DNA from: Anaeromyxobacteraceae bacterium
Lineage (GTDB): Bacteria > Myxococcota > Myxococcia > Myxococcales > Anaeromyxobacteraceae
Direction: 5' to 3'
Length of the DNA stretch: 64,000 bases
NCBI GenBank assembly: GCA_047602405.1
Contig: JASGHJ010000002.1
Location: forward strand, 1,216,001 to 1,280,000
Shown here: piece by piece, positions 11,374-21,361 of the stretch
Position numbering within the stretch: the stretch's first letter is position 1
How the letters are laid out: each line of letters starts with the position of its first letter
Made by a program: the position numbers and the translations under genes
The notes under the pieces: model-generated
The model's input: the letters and a program-made list of their open reading frames with translations, nothing else
Database searches by the model: none
What the model was told of the DNA's origin: nothing

Positions 11374-12714
11374 CTACGGCGCGGCTGCGACCTTCCGCTC
11401 CGCCTCGTCGAGCGCGGCCGCGGCGCGGGCGAGCTCGTCGGGGGTGCGGAAGGGGCGGGGCTCGAACGCGGCGGACATCGGCGTGCCCCACTCCTCGCGC
11501 GGCGCCTCGAGGCCCGGGAAGTAGCGGGGCCGCTTCGGCTTCAGCGCCGCCACGGCCTCGGCGAGGGGCGAGCCGAGCACCTCCGCGGCGCCCTCGACGG
11601 CGAGGATCCGCTCGGCACGCCAGCGGAGCTCGAGGAGGCGTCCGAAGCCCTCCTGGAAGATCCGCTTCAGCGGGACCTCGGCGAGCGCGGCGGCGGCGAC
11701 CGCGACGACGCCCGCGGCGGAGCCGCTCCCGGCCCGGGCGCGCAGGTCGAGCCCGAGCTCGACGAGCCCGCGGGCCTCCGACAGCGCCTCGCGCACGCGC
11801 TCGGGGTCGCCGGGGTCCACCCGGTTCGCGACGAGCACGGCGTTCGCGGCGGTGACGAGCTCCGCGTGGACGGCGTCCTTCGGGTCGGGCTCGAGCGCGG
11901 CGACGGCGCGGTCGAGGAGCGTGCCGCGATCGAGCTCGGCGAGGAGGAAGCCGCCCGGCCGCGCCGGGGCGCCGGAGGGGGCGGGCTCCGACGCGGCGCG
12001 CGGCGGGCGCGCGAACCACGAGAGCGCCTCCTCGAGCGGCGGGTAGCCGAGGTCGGCGAGGCGGCCGGCGCGCCAGCGGAGCGCGGTCTCCTCGAGCTCG
12101 CTCGGGAGCTCGAAGCGGAGGGACGACATGAGCCGCGAGGCCGCGAACGGATCCTCGGCGTAGAGGTCGTCCACGATCCCGCGCACGGCGGAGTACTCGG
12201 CGCCCTCGACGAGGAACTCGACGACGAACTTGTTCTCGGGCGTCCGCATGAAGTGCGTCGACTCGAGCTCGGGGTCCTCGTCCTGCTCGAGGTCGTGGAC
12301 CCGCAGGGTCTCCTTGAGCGTGAGGTAGAGCACCTCGCGATCGATCCCGGTGAGCTTCGCGGCCCACCGCGACGCGGCCTTCGGGTCGGTGAGCGACCCG
12401 GCCCGCGCGGCGCGCAGCCAGGGCAGGGCCTTCGCGGGCTCGAAGTGCTCGCCCGTCCAGGCGTCGAGATCGAGGAGCGTCTTGAACTGGCCCGTCGAGG
12501 CGAGCGGGACGAGCCCCGCCGCGTCCTGGAAGCCGACGTCCCGGATGACGAGGTACAGCTCGTCCGCCGGCAGCGCGCGCACGAGCGCCTGCGGATCCCG
12601 CGCCTCGAGGATGAGGTCGAGCCGCTGCCGCCCGCGCGCCGCCGAGAGGGCGATGCGCGCGTCCCGCAGCTCGGCGGGCGCGAGGCGCCGGTCCGGTCGC
12701 TCCGGGCGGGTCAT
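11374..12714 (-). CDS. Conserved myxobacterial protein (DUF6178-like)
   Basis: Long ORF with GC3-biased codons; LYLVIRDVG, LDLDAW, ELEETALRWRAGRLADLGYP resemble this family from memory. Confidence 0.7.
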   Translation of the reverse strand: MTRPERPDRRLAPAELRDARIALSAARGRQRLDLILEARDPQALVRALPADELYLVIRDVGFQDAAGLVPLASTGQFKTLLDLDAWTGEHFEPAKALPWLRAARAGSLTDPKAASRWAAKLTGIDREVLYLTLKETLRVHDLEQDEDPELESTHFMRTPENKFVVEFLVEGAEYSAVRGIVDDLYAEDPFAASRLMSSLRFELPSELEETALRWRAGRLADLGYPPLEEALSWFARPPRAASEPAPSGAPARPGGFLLAELDRGTLLDRAVAALEPDPKDAVHAELVTAANAVLVANRVDPGDPERVREALSEARGLVELGLDLRARAGSGSAAGVVAVAAAALAEVPLKRIFQEGFGRLLELRWRAERILAVEGAAEVLGSPLAEAVAALKPKRPRYFPGLEAPREEWGTPMSAAFEPRPFRTPDELARAAAALDEAERKVAAAP

Positions 12715-12768
12715 GGCGGGGGCCGCGGCGGCGGGCGAGGGCTGGCGGGCCCGCGCCGCGACGGGGTG

Positions 12769-12993
12769 CTACGCGTGCGCGCCGGCGGCGCGGTTCATCC
12801 CGCGGCCGGCCTTCAGCACCTTGCCGGCCTTGAGGCAGCGGGAGCAGACGCGGGCGTGCCGGATCTCGCCCTTGTCCTGGATGCGGACCGAGCGGAGGTT
12901 CGGCAGGGAGCGCGTCTTGTTCTTGTTGTTCGCGTGGGAGACGGTGTTCCCGACGAGCGGGCCCTTCCCACAAACTTCGCAGCGGCGTGCCAT
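12769..12993 (-). CDS. rpmB: 50S ribosomal protein L28 (zinc-binding form)
   Basis: [33 protein letters not shown]...[11 protein letters not shown]; upstream TTGCTT-N16-TAAGAT at 13061-13088. Confidence 0.97.
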   Translation of the reverse strand: MARRCEVCGKGPLVGNTVSHANNKNKTRSLPNLRSVRIQDKGEIRHARVCSRCLKAGKVLKAGRGMNRAAGAHA

Positions 12994-13100
12994 GGCGAGG
13001 TGCTCCAAGATGCAGGGGTTCCGGCGCGCGACTTCGCTCCGAATCCCGAAAAGGGTCGGCATCTTACGCAAAACGCTCCACAAAGCAAGGGGGACCGGGC

Positions 13101-14654
13101 CTACCGGCCCCCGTCCTTCGCCCCCAGCATCGCCGCGACGTGCCCGGCGGCCTGGATGCCCGCGTAGAACTCGCCCTCGACGCCCAGCCCCGGGACCACC
13201 TCCCGGCCCGCGAACACGAGGTTCTTCCAGGGGCTGCGCACCGGGAGGCCGCCGATCCCGAGCCGGTCGTCGGCGTCGCACAGGTACAGCGGGTGCGCCT
13301 GGGCCATGTGGGCCCGCTCCGGGTCGGCGAGCAGCGGGGCGGACTCCACGACGAGGTGGCGCTCGAAGAACGGGATGGCGTCGGCGACCGCCTCCCGGAT
13401 CCTCGCGGCGGCGTCGGCGAGCCCCTGGGGCCGCATCCCGGCGGGCACGTAGGCCGCGGCGCAGACCACGCGCTCGTCGGCGATCACCTCGCCCTGGGTG
13501 CCCTTGTCGGAGGCGCCCTTGCGCGCCTCGTGGTGCGCGGGCAGGACCTGCATGAACACCGCGTTCTCGATGCCCTCGCCGCCGGCCGCGTCGCGCAGCG
13601 CGAGGACGTTCTCGCCGAGGGCGGGCGGGAGCGCGCGCTCCTTCACGACGAGGTTGAGCGTGAGGAGCTGCCGGGCGGAGTGGACCTTCGTGAGGCCCGC
13701 CGCCTGGCGGGACGCGCGCACGTCCGCGGGGAGGAGCGCGAGGAAGCGCTCCGCGTCGGTGGCCGCCACGAACGCGCGCGCGACGTGGGCGTCCGGCGAG
13801 TCGGCGAGGCGCACCGCGCTCACCCGGCCGTGATCGAGCTCGAGCCCGGTGGCGAGCGCGGGCTCGCCCGGCTTGCCGCGCAGCTCGCCGCGCGACTCCT
13901 GGATCCGCCGCCGCACCATCTCGCGCAGCGTGCCGAGGCCGCCCGGCAGCCGGTGCGTGCCGCGGAACGCGCCGCCGAGGAGCCGCACGAGCGACATCGG
14001 CGAGGGCGGGCCGTCGCGGTAGGTGAGGAACCGGTGCGCGACGAGGAGGCTCCTCACGAGCTCCTCGTCCTGGAGCTTCTCGAACGGGCGGGCCTCGTCG
14101 ACGGCCCTCGGCGGGGCCCCCGGGGCCGAGGCCGCGAGCTTCACGGCCTTGCGCACGGTCCAGCGCTCGCCGAAGCCGTCCGGCGGCAGGGGCGGCGCGG
14201 CGCGCAGGAAGAAGCCGGCGAAGTCGAAGTACGTCCCGAGCTCCGCGAACCCCGCCTCGAGCGCCTCGGCGGCGGCGGGCCACTCGCGCTTCAGCTCGCC
14301 GCGCAGCACGGCCGGGTCCCGGGCGAGATCGACCCGGTGGCGCGGCAGGAGGAGCTGCAGGTCGGTGTGGCTCGCCACGAGCGCGCGGCCGACGTCGGTC
14401 GCGAGCCCGAGCTCGCCGAGCACCGCCTCGGCGCTCGGCAGGTGGCGCGGGGAGGGGACCACCGCGGGCCCGAACGGCAGCACGTAGCCGTGGTCGACGT
14501 AGTGGAACCCGGGGTCGTCGTGCGCGACGTGCAGGACGCGGAAGCCGCGCCGGGCGAGCAGGGCGCCGGCGACCACGCCGCCGAGCTGCGAGCCGAGGAT
14601 GCACACGTCGTAGACGCGCTGGGTGGCGGGCGGTCGGAAGGTCTGGGTGGCCAC
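13101..14654 (-). CDS. FAD-dependent oxidoreductase, phytoene desaturase-like superfamily
   Basis: N-terminal [27 protein letters not shown]-terminal [20 protein letters not shown]. Confidence 0.7.
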   Translation of the reverse strand: MATQTFRPPATQRVYDVCILGSQLGGVVAGALLARRGFRVLHVAHDDPGFHYVDHGYVLPFGPAVVPSPRHLPSAEAVLGELGLATDVGRALVASHTDLQLLLPRHRVDLARDPAVLRGELKREWPAAAEALEAGFAELGTYFDFAGFFLRAAPPLPPDGFGERWTVRKAVKLAASAPGAPPRAVDEARPFEKLQDEELVRSLLVAHRFLTYRDGPPSPMSLVRLLGGAFRGTHRLPGGLGTLREMVRRRIQESRGELRGKPGEPALATGLELDHGRVSAVRLADSPDAHVARAFVAATDAERFLALLPADVRASRQAAGLTKVHSARQLLTLNLVVKERALPPALGENVLALRDAAGGEGIENAVFMQVLPAHHEARKGASDKGTQGEVIADERVVCAAAYVPAGMRPQGLADAAARIREAVADAIPFFERHLVVESAPLLADPERAHMAQAHPLYLCDADDRLGIGGLPVRSPWKNLVFAGREVVPGLGVEGEFYAGIQAAGHVAAMLGAKDGGR

Positions 14655-14666
14655 GGGCGGTAGAGA

Positions 14667-15341
14667 TTATCCGAGGTCCGGGTTCCGCAGGGCGCCGACC
14701 TCACGAGGGCCCGCTCCCTCGACCCGCACCCGGCGCCCGGCCACCGAGAGCCGCCCGGCGGCGTACCAGCCGATCGCCGCCGGGTAGAGCCGGTGCTCCT
14801 CGACGAGGACCCGGGCGGCGAGCGCCTCCTCCGTGTCGTCGGGCAGGACCGGCACCGCCGCCTGCGCGATCACCGGCCCGGTGTCGGTGCCCTCGTCGAC
14901 GAAGTGCACGGTGCAACCGGAGACCCGCGCGCCGTACGCGAGGGCCTGCCGGTGCGCGTGCAGGCCGGGGAAGCTCGGCAGGAGCGCCGGGTGGATGTTC
15001 ATGACCCGCGGGCAGCCGCGGCTCGCCGCGCTCGGGCCGAACGCCGCGAGGAACCCGGGCGTCACGAGCCGCATCCACCCGCACAGGCAGACGAGGTCCA
15101 CGCCGCGCGCCTGGAGCGCGGCCGCGAGCTCGCGATCGTAGGCGGCGCGGTCGGCGACGCCCTTCGACGGTACGAGCAGCGCCTCGACGCCGGCCCTCCG
15201 CGCCCGCTCGAGCGCGCCCGCGCCCGGGACGTTCACGGCCACGACCGCGACCGTGGCGTCGATCCGGCCCGCGGCGCAGGCGTCGAGGATGGCCTGCAGG
15301 TTGGTGCCGCCGCCGGAGGCGAGGACGCCGAGCCTCGTCAA
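14667..15341 (-). CDS. purN: Phosphoribosylglycinamide formyltransferase
   Basis: TTG start overlaps the purM stop; [45 protein letters not shown]. Confidence 0.96.
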   Translation of the reverse strand: MTRLGVLASGGGTNLQAILDACAAGRIDATVAVVAVNVPGAGALERARRAGVEALLVPSKGVADRAAYDRELAAALQARGVDLVCLCGWMRLVTPGFLAAFGPSAASRGCPRVMNIHPALLPSFPGLHAHRQALAYGARVSGCTVHFVDEGTDTGPVIAQAAVPVLPDDTEEALAARVLVEEHRLYPAAIGWYAAGRLSVAGRRVRVEGAGPREVGALRNPDLG

Positions 15342-16369
15342 CGCACGACCTCGCAGGTCGCCTCGCCCTCGCCCTTCACGATCTCGCCGACGGTCCAGCT
15401 CGCGAGGCCGCGGGCGGAGAGCGCCGCGTGCGCCGCCCGCTCGTCGCCGGGCGCCACGAAGGCGACGAGGCCGAGCCCCATGTTGAAGGTCCGGTACATG
15501 TCGTCCCAGGGCACGTCGAGCTCGCGCTGGACGACGTCGAAGATCGGCGGGCGGTCCCACCGCTTCTCCTCGAGCACCGCCTTGAACCCGTCGGGCAGGT
15601 TGCGCGGCGCGTTCCCGGGGAGGCCACCGCCGGTGATGTGGGCGAACGACCTCACCGGCACGGCGGCGAGCAGCGCCGCGACGTCCTTCGCGTAGATGCG
15701 GGTCGGCTCGAGGAAGGCCTCGGCGAGCGAGCGCCCGTCGAGGACGTCGAGCCGCTCGTCGAGCTTGCGGCGCTCGAGGACCTTCCGCGCGAGCGAGTAG
15801 CCGTTCGAGTGGAGGCCGGTCGAGGCGATGCCGATCGCGAGATTGCCCACCGCGACCCGCTTGCCGTCCACGATCCGGGAGCGCTCCACCACGCCCACCG
15901 AGAAGCCGGCGAGGTCGTACTCGCCCGGCGCGTAGAAGCCGGGGAGCTCCGCGGTCTCCCCGCCGATGAGGGCGCAGCCCGCCTGGCGGCAGCCCTCGGC
16001 GATGCCCTTCACCACCTGCGCGGCCTGCTCGGCCGAGAGCTTCCCGGTCGCGAAGTAGTCGAGGAAGAAGAGCGGCTCCGCGCCCACGACCGCGACGTCG
16101 TTCACGCACATCGCCACGAGGTCGATCCCGACCGTGTCGTGCCGGTTCGCGTCGAAGGCGACCTTGAGCTTCGTGCCCACGCCGTCGGTGCCCGAGACGA
16201 GCACCGGCTCCCGGTACTTCTTCGTGTCGAGCGCGAAGAGGCCGCCGAAGCCGCCGATGCCGGCGAGGACCTCGGGCCGCATCGTGGGGCGGGCGAGGGG
16301 CTTGATGAGATCGACGAGGCGGTCGCCCTCGTCGATGTCGACGCCAGCGTCCCGGTAGGTGAGGGCCAT
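15338..16369 (-). CDS. purM: Phosphoribosylformylglycinamidine cyclo-ligase
   Basis: LTYRDAGVDI, GGFGGLF, TDGVGTKL, GGETAELPG, GLHSNGYSL, HITGGG, TFNMG. Confidence 0.97.
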   Translation of the reverse strand: MALTYRDAGVDIDEGDRLVDLIKPLARPTMRPEVLAGIGGFGGLFALDTKKYREPVLVSGTDGVGTKLKVAFDANRHDTVGIDLVAMCVNDVAVVGAEPLFFLDYFATGKLSAEQAAQVVKGIAEGCRQAGCALIGGETAELPGFYAPGEYDLAGFSVGVVERSRIVDGKRVAVGNLAIGIASTGLHSNGYSLARKVLERRKLDERLDVLDGRSLAEAFLEPTRIYAKDVAALLAAVPVRSFAHITGGGLPGNAPRNLPDGFKAVLEEKRWDRPPIFDVVQRELDVPWDDMYRTFNMGLGLVAFVAPGDERAAHAALSARGLASWTVGEIVKGEGEATCEVVR

Positions 16370-16474
16370 GGCCCGGCCCTTACCGGAACCCGGGCGGCAG
16401 GGCAAGGCTCTGCTGATGGCCGGCTCCCGCCCTGCGGCGGGAGCGCGCCGCCGCCACGGCCGCCGCGCGGCGGC

Positions 16475-16531
16475 TCACATCGCGACGGCGAGGAGGAGGA
16501 AGGCGGCGAGGAGGACGACGGTCGTTCGCAT
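16475..16531 (-). CDS. Putative 18-aa hydrophobic small peptide
   Basis: ATG to TGA encodes MRTTVVLLAAFLLLAVAM with host-like GC3 codons; extended -10 TGGTATGCT at 16552-16560. Confidence 0.5.
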   Translation of the reverse strand: MRTTVVLLAAFLLLAVAM

Positions 16532-16648
16532 CGGCGTTCCGGGGGAAGCGCAGCATACCAAACGTGAGATTGACCGCCAGCCCGTGACCGCGCTTCAGGC
16601 GGGGGCCCCGGCGGCCGGCCGGAAACCTGCTACCATCCCCGGCGCCCT

Positions 16649-18983
16649 ATGGCCGGACTCCGACGCCTGCTGCGCCTCGACGCGTTCCGGCTGGCGCTGT
16701 ACGTCGGGCTCCTCTTTCCCCTGCTGCACTTCGTCAACCTCGTGCGGGGGGTCGACCTGCCGGTCATCTCCCGGGTCGAGCACGCGGCCCAGGACTACGC
16801 CCTCACCCGGCTCCGCGGCCCCCGCCCGACCTCCGGACGGGTCGTCATCGTCGCCATCGACAACAAGTCGGTCCGCGAGGAGGGGCGCTGGCCCTGGCCT
16901 CGCGAGAAGATGGCGAAGCTCGTCGAGCAGATGGGCAAGGGCGGGGTCGCCTCGGTCGGCTTCGATATCGTGTGGGACGCCGACGACGAGGTGGGGCGCC
17001 GCCTCGCCCGCGTGGCGTCGGTGGTGAAGACCGCGAAGGGGGAGGCCCGGCCCGGCGGGCCGCTCGAGGACGCCTGGGCCGCCGCCCAGAACCCCGACCC
17101 CACGGTCGCGGTCGACCGGGATCCCACCGAGCTCCTCGCCGACGCCATCGAGGACGCCAAGAACGTCACGCTCGGCTTCACCTTCCTCACCCCGGATCAG
17201 GTGGCGGGCCTGGGCGCGGACGTCGACGACGACCTCCAGAAGGTCTCCTTCTTCCGGATCGACCCCGTCCACGTCATCGAGGGCGGCCGGCTCGTGCCGG
17301 TCGAGCCGGCGCCGCAGCTGCCGCAGCACTGGGCGGGCGTGGTCCGGCCGCTCGACGTGCTCCTCTCGGTCGCCTCGTCCGGCGGCTACTTCACCTCCTC
17401 GACCGACGACGACGGCGTCATCCGCAGGTACGTGACGGTCGGGGCGGTGGGCCCCTCGAACTTCGCCTCCCTGGGCATCGCCACGCTCGCGCGCACGCTC
17501 GGGCCGGAGGGTCAGGTGGCGCGGGTGACACCCATCGCGAAGGTGCGCGGGTCGCGCTTCCTCGCGGCGGTGCGGCTCGGCGACGTCACGGTCGACGTCG
17601 ACGACGCCGGCTTCGCGTACCTCAACTACTACGGGCAGTACCGGGACTTCCCCACCTGGTCGGCGACCGACGTGCTGCACGGCAAGATCCCGCCCGACCA
17701 GATGCGCGGGAAGGTGGCGGTCGTCGGGACCACCGCGGTGGCCACCTGGGATCAGCGGGTCACGCCCTTCGACGCGTTCGCGCCCGGGGTGATCACCCAC
17801 GCCACGTTCATGGAGAACGTGCTCCGGGGCGAGCTCCTGGTGCGCACGCAGACGGTGGTCGTCGCCGAGGTGGTGGTGCTGGTCCTCACCGCCTTCGGGC
17901 TGGCGCTCCTCTTCTCGCGGGTGTCGTCGCTGCTCTCCGCGCCGGCGCTCGTCGTCGCGGCGGGCGTCACCGCGGGCACGGGGGTCGTCGCGCTGCAGCG
18001 CTTCAACCTGCTCCTCGCGGTGGCGCTGCCGATCATGCAGCAGTTCGCCATCTTCCTCGCCGCGACCTCCTACCGGTTCTTCAACGAGGAGCGCGAGCGG
18101 CGCAAGGCGCGCGAGACCTTCAGCCGCTTCCTCGCGCCGGCCATCGTGGAGCAGGTGCTCGAGCGCGAGGGGTCGCTGAAGCTCGGCGGCGAGAAGCGCG
18201 AGCTCACCTGCCTCTTCGCCGACATCCGCGGGTTCACGACGCTCTCGGAGAAGCTCGACCCCCACGTGCTCCTCGAGGTGCTGAACGAGTACCTCACGCC
18301 GATGACCGACATCATCGTGCAGGAGCACCAGGGCACGCTCGACAAGTACATCGGCGACGCGATCATGGCGTTCTGGGGTGCGCCCTCGCCGCAGGACGAC
18401 CACGCCCTGCGCGCCTGCCGCGCCGCGCTCGGGATGATCCGCAAGCTCTCGGAGCTCCGGGTCGGCTGGCGGGAGCGCAACCTCCCGGACATCGACATCG
18501 GGGTGGGGCTCAACACCGGCCCGATGTCGGTCGGGTTCCTCGGCAGCCAGGACCGCTTCTACAACTACACGGTGCTGGGCGACGCGGTGAACCTCTCCTC
18601 GCGCCTCGAGGGCGCGAACCGGCAGTACGGTACGCACATCCTCATCGGCCCCATCACCTGCGAGCGGGTGAAGGACCACATGGTGCTGCGCGAGGTCGAC
18701 CGTGTCCGCGTGAAGGGCAAGCGCGAGCCGGTGCGGATCTTCGAGCTCCTCGGCGAGGCGCCCGCGTCGCCCGGGCAGGCGGCCTTCCTCGAGGCGTTCT
18801 CCTGGGGCATCTCCGCGTACCAGGCGCAGCGCTGGGACGAGGCGATCGGCCGGTTCCGCGAGGCCGCCCGCCTCGCCGGCGGCGACGAGACGAGTGAGAT
18901 TCTACGTGGCCCGGTGCGAGGCGATGCGTCGCGAGCCACCCGGACCCCAGTGGGACGGGGTCTACGAGATGCACAGCAAGTGA
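16649..18983 (+). CDS. CHASE2-domain class III adenylate cyclase with C-terminal TPR, +1 frameshift at GATTC 18898-18902
   Basis: VVIVAIDNKS..GRWPWPR, three TM helices, FADIRGFT, DKYIGDAIMAFWG, YTVLGDAVNLSSRLE. Removing one T gives SEIYVARCEAM...WDGVYEMHSK stop. Confidence 0.92.
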
Positions 18984-19058
18984 CGCGCCGGGCAGGACCG
19001 GTTGTTTGACACTCCCTCCCGGGATCGGCTACCCACCAGAGGAATCAACCAGCGAGCC

Positions 19059-19706
19059 ATGGCCGAGGACCCTCTCTTCCAGCGCTTCGGACGCGAGTTC
19101 CAGAAGGGCACCGTCCTCTTCCGCGAGGGCGAGGCCGGCAAGGAGATGTACGTCGTCCACCAGGGCCGGGTGACCATCGCGAAGAAGGTCGGCGGGGTGG
19201 AGAAGATCCTCGCCTCGCTCGGGCCCGGCGAGTTCCTGGGCGAGATGTCGATCCTCAACAACAAGCCGCGGTCCGCGACCGCGACCTGCGCCGAGGACTC
19301 GAAGCTCCTCGTCATCGACGCGAAGACCTACGAGGCGATGATCCGCGGCAACGCCGAGATCGCGGTCCGCCTGATCAAGAAGCTCGCGGAGCGCCTGCAG
19401 GAGGCCGACGAGCACATCGAGAACCTGCTCCTCGCCGACGCCTCGAGCCGGGTGGTGCACTACCTCGCCCGCGCCGCGCAGAAGGTGCAGAAGGGCCCCT
19501 CCGGCGCGAAGGTCGAGGTGGCGCCGAAGGAGCTGCCCGCCCGGGTGGGCGTGAAGGCCGAGCAGGCCGACGAGGTGCTCATGAAGCTCCTCAAGGCCAA
19601 CATCATCAGCGTCCACCCGGACGGCTTCCTCGTGCCGGACGTCGACAAGCTGCTCCACTTCCTGGAGTTCCTCCAGATGAAGGCGCAGTTCGGGGACGTC
19701 GCGTGA
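19059..19706 (+). CDS. Crp/Fnr family cyclic-nucleotide-binding regulator
   Basis: LFREGEAGKEMYVV; phosphate-binding cassette GEFLGEMSILNNKPRSATA; C-terminal HTH-like region. Confidence 0.9.
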   Translation: MAEDPLFQRFGREFQKGTVLFREGEAGKEMYVVHQGRVTIAKKVGGVEKILASLGPGEFLGEMSILNNKPRSATATCAEDSKLLVIDAKTYEAMIRGNAEIAVRLIKKLAERLQEADEHIENLLLADASSRVVHYLARAAQKVQKGPSGAKVEVAPKELPARVGVKAEQADEVLMKLLKANIISVHPDGFLVPDVDKLLHFLEFLQMKAQFGDVA

Positions 19707-20467
19707 GGTTGACCGTCCTGGGCTGCTCCGGGGGCGAGCTCCCCCGCCACCGCACCACGTGCTTCCTCGTGGACGGCCGGCTCGCGGTCGACGCGGGCGC
19801 GCTGACCCAGGGGCTCGAGCTCGACGAGCTCCTCAAGGTCGACGACATCCTCCTCACGCACAGCCACTTCGATCACGTGAAGGACGTGCCGCTGCTCGCC
19901 GACCTCCTCGTCGGCCGGCGGAAGGCGCCGGTCCGCGTCTGGGCCTCGCCCGAGTGCGCGACCGCGCTGCGCGAGGACGTCTTCAACGACCGGCTCTGGC
20001 CCGACTTCACGCGCATCCCCACCGGCGAGCAGCCGGTGATCGAGATCCGCGCGTTCGACCCCGCGAGGCCGTTCCGGATCGGGAAGTACCGGGTCTCGCC
20101 GGTGCCGGTGGTCCACCCGGTGGAGTCGATGGGCTACGTGGTCTCCGACGGGAAGGCCTCCTTCGCGATCTCCGGCGACACCGGCCCGACCGACGCGTTC
20201 TGGGCCCGGGTGAACCGGGAGAAGAAGCTCGGGGCCGTCCTCGTGGAGCTCTCGTTCCCGGACGCCCTGCAGTGGCTCGCCGACGTCTCGGGCCACCTCA
20301 CGCCGAGGACCCTGCAGGGCGAGCTCGCGAAGCTCGAGCGCAACGGGTTCCCCGTGCTCCTCTATCACCTGAAGCCCGCCTACGCCGCCGAGCTCAGGAA
20401 GGCGATCGCGAAGGCCCGGCTGCCGGGCGTGCGCGTGCTCAGGGTCGGCGACGACTTCGTCCTGTAG
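19703..20467 (+). CDS. Class II (metallo-beta-lactamase fold) 3',5'-cyclic nucleotide phosphodiesterase
   Basis: LTVLGCSGG, VDAG, THSHFDHV, FNDRLWPDF, SGDTGPT, GHLTP, YHLKP; GTGA overlap with the CRP gene. Confidence 0.85.
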   Translation: MRLTVLGCSGGELPRHRTTCFLVDGRLAVDAGALTQGLELDELLKVDDILLTHSHFDHVKDVPLLADLLVGRRKAPVRVWASPECATALREDVFNDRLWPDFTRIPTGEQPVIEIRAFDPARPFRIGKYRVSPVPVVHPVESMGYVVSDGKASFAISGDTGPTDAFWARVNREKKLGAVLVELSFPDALQWLADVSGHLTPRTLQGELAKLERNGFPVLLYHLKPAYAAELRKAIAKARLPGVRVLRVGDDFVL

Positions 20468-20487
20468 GCGGCACCCCGGGGAGAAAC

Positions 20488-21339
20488 ATGGCCTGGTTCT
20501 CGAAGCAGAAGAAGATGAAGGCGAGGGACGTTCCGTCCGGGCCGGTGCCGGCCGCGAAGGGCGAGAACGTCTGGCACCGCTGCGACGCGTGCGGCGAGGT
20601 CGTGCCGACCCTCGACTTCGAGAAGAGCTGGAACGTCTGCGCGGCGTGCGGCCAGCACGAGGCGCTCCCGGTGCGCCGGCGCTTCGAGCTCGTCTGCGAC
20701 CCGGGCACCTTCCAGGAGCTCGACGGCGAGCTCACCCCGCAGGACCCGCTCGGCTTCGTCGACTCGAAGAAGTACCGGGACCGGCTCCGGGGGACCTACA
20801 AGAACACCGGCCTGCGCGACGCGTTCGTCTCCGGCGTCGGGGCGATCCAGAAGCAGCCGGTGTCGCTGGGCTGCTTCGCCTTCGAGTTCATGGGCGGCTC
20901 GATGGGCTCGGTGGTGGGCGAGAAGGTCGCCCGCGTGTTCGACCGCGCCTGGGAGCGGCGCATCCCCGCCATCGTGTTCAGCTCGTCGGGCGGCGCGCGC
21001 ATGCAGGAGGGCATCTTCTCGCTCATGCAGATGGCGAAGACCTCCGCGGCCATCAACCGCTTCCGGTCGATCCGCAAGCCTTACGTCTCGGTGATGCTCC
21101 ACCCGACCACCGGCGGCGTGGCTGCGAGCTTCGCCTGGCTCGGCGACGTCATCGTGGCCGAGCCGAAGGCCCTCATCGGCTTCGCCGGCCCGCGCGTCAT
21201 CGAGCAGACCATCCGCGAGAAGCTCCCGCCGGGCTTCCAGCGCTCCGAGTTCCTCATCGAGCACGGCATGATCGACGCGATCGTGCACCGCCACGAGCTG
21301 CGCGAGCGGCTCGGGCAGCTGCTCTCGCTGATGGGCTAG
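20488..21339 (+). CDS. accD: Acetyl-CoA carboxylase carboxyltransferase beta subunit
   Basis: CxxC zinc ribbon, FMGGSMGSVVGEK, SGGARMQEG, PTTGGVAAS, FQRSEFL. Confidence 0.96.
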   Translation: MAWFSKQKKMKARDVPSGPVPAAKGENVWHRCDACGEVVPTLDFEKSWNVCAACGQHEALPVRRRFELVCDPGTFQELDGELTPQDPLGFVDSKKYRDRLRGTYKNTGLRDAFVSGVGAIQKQPVSLGCFAFEFMGGSMGSVVGEKVARVFDRAWERRIPAIVFSSSGGARMQEGIFSLMQMAKTSAAINRFRSIRKPYVSVMLHPTTGGVAASFAWLGDVIVAEPKALIGFAGPRVIEQTIREKLPPGFQRSEFLIEHGMIDAIVHRHELRERLGQLLSLMG

Positions 21340-21361
21340 GCCGAGGCCGGGGCCCCGCCCC

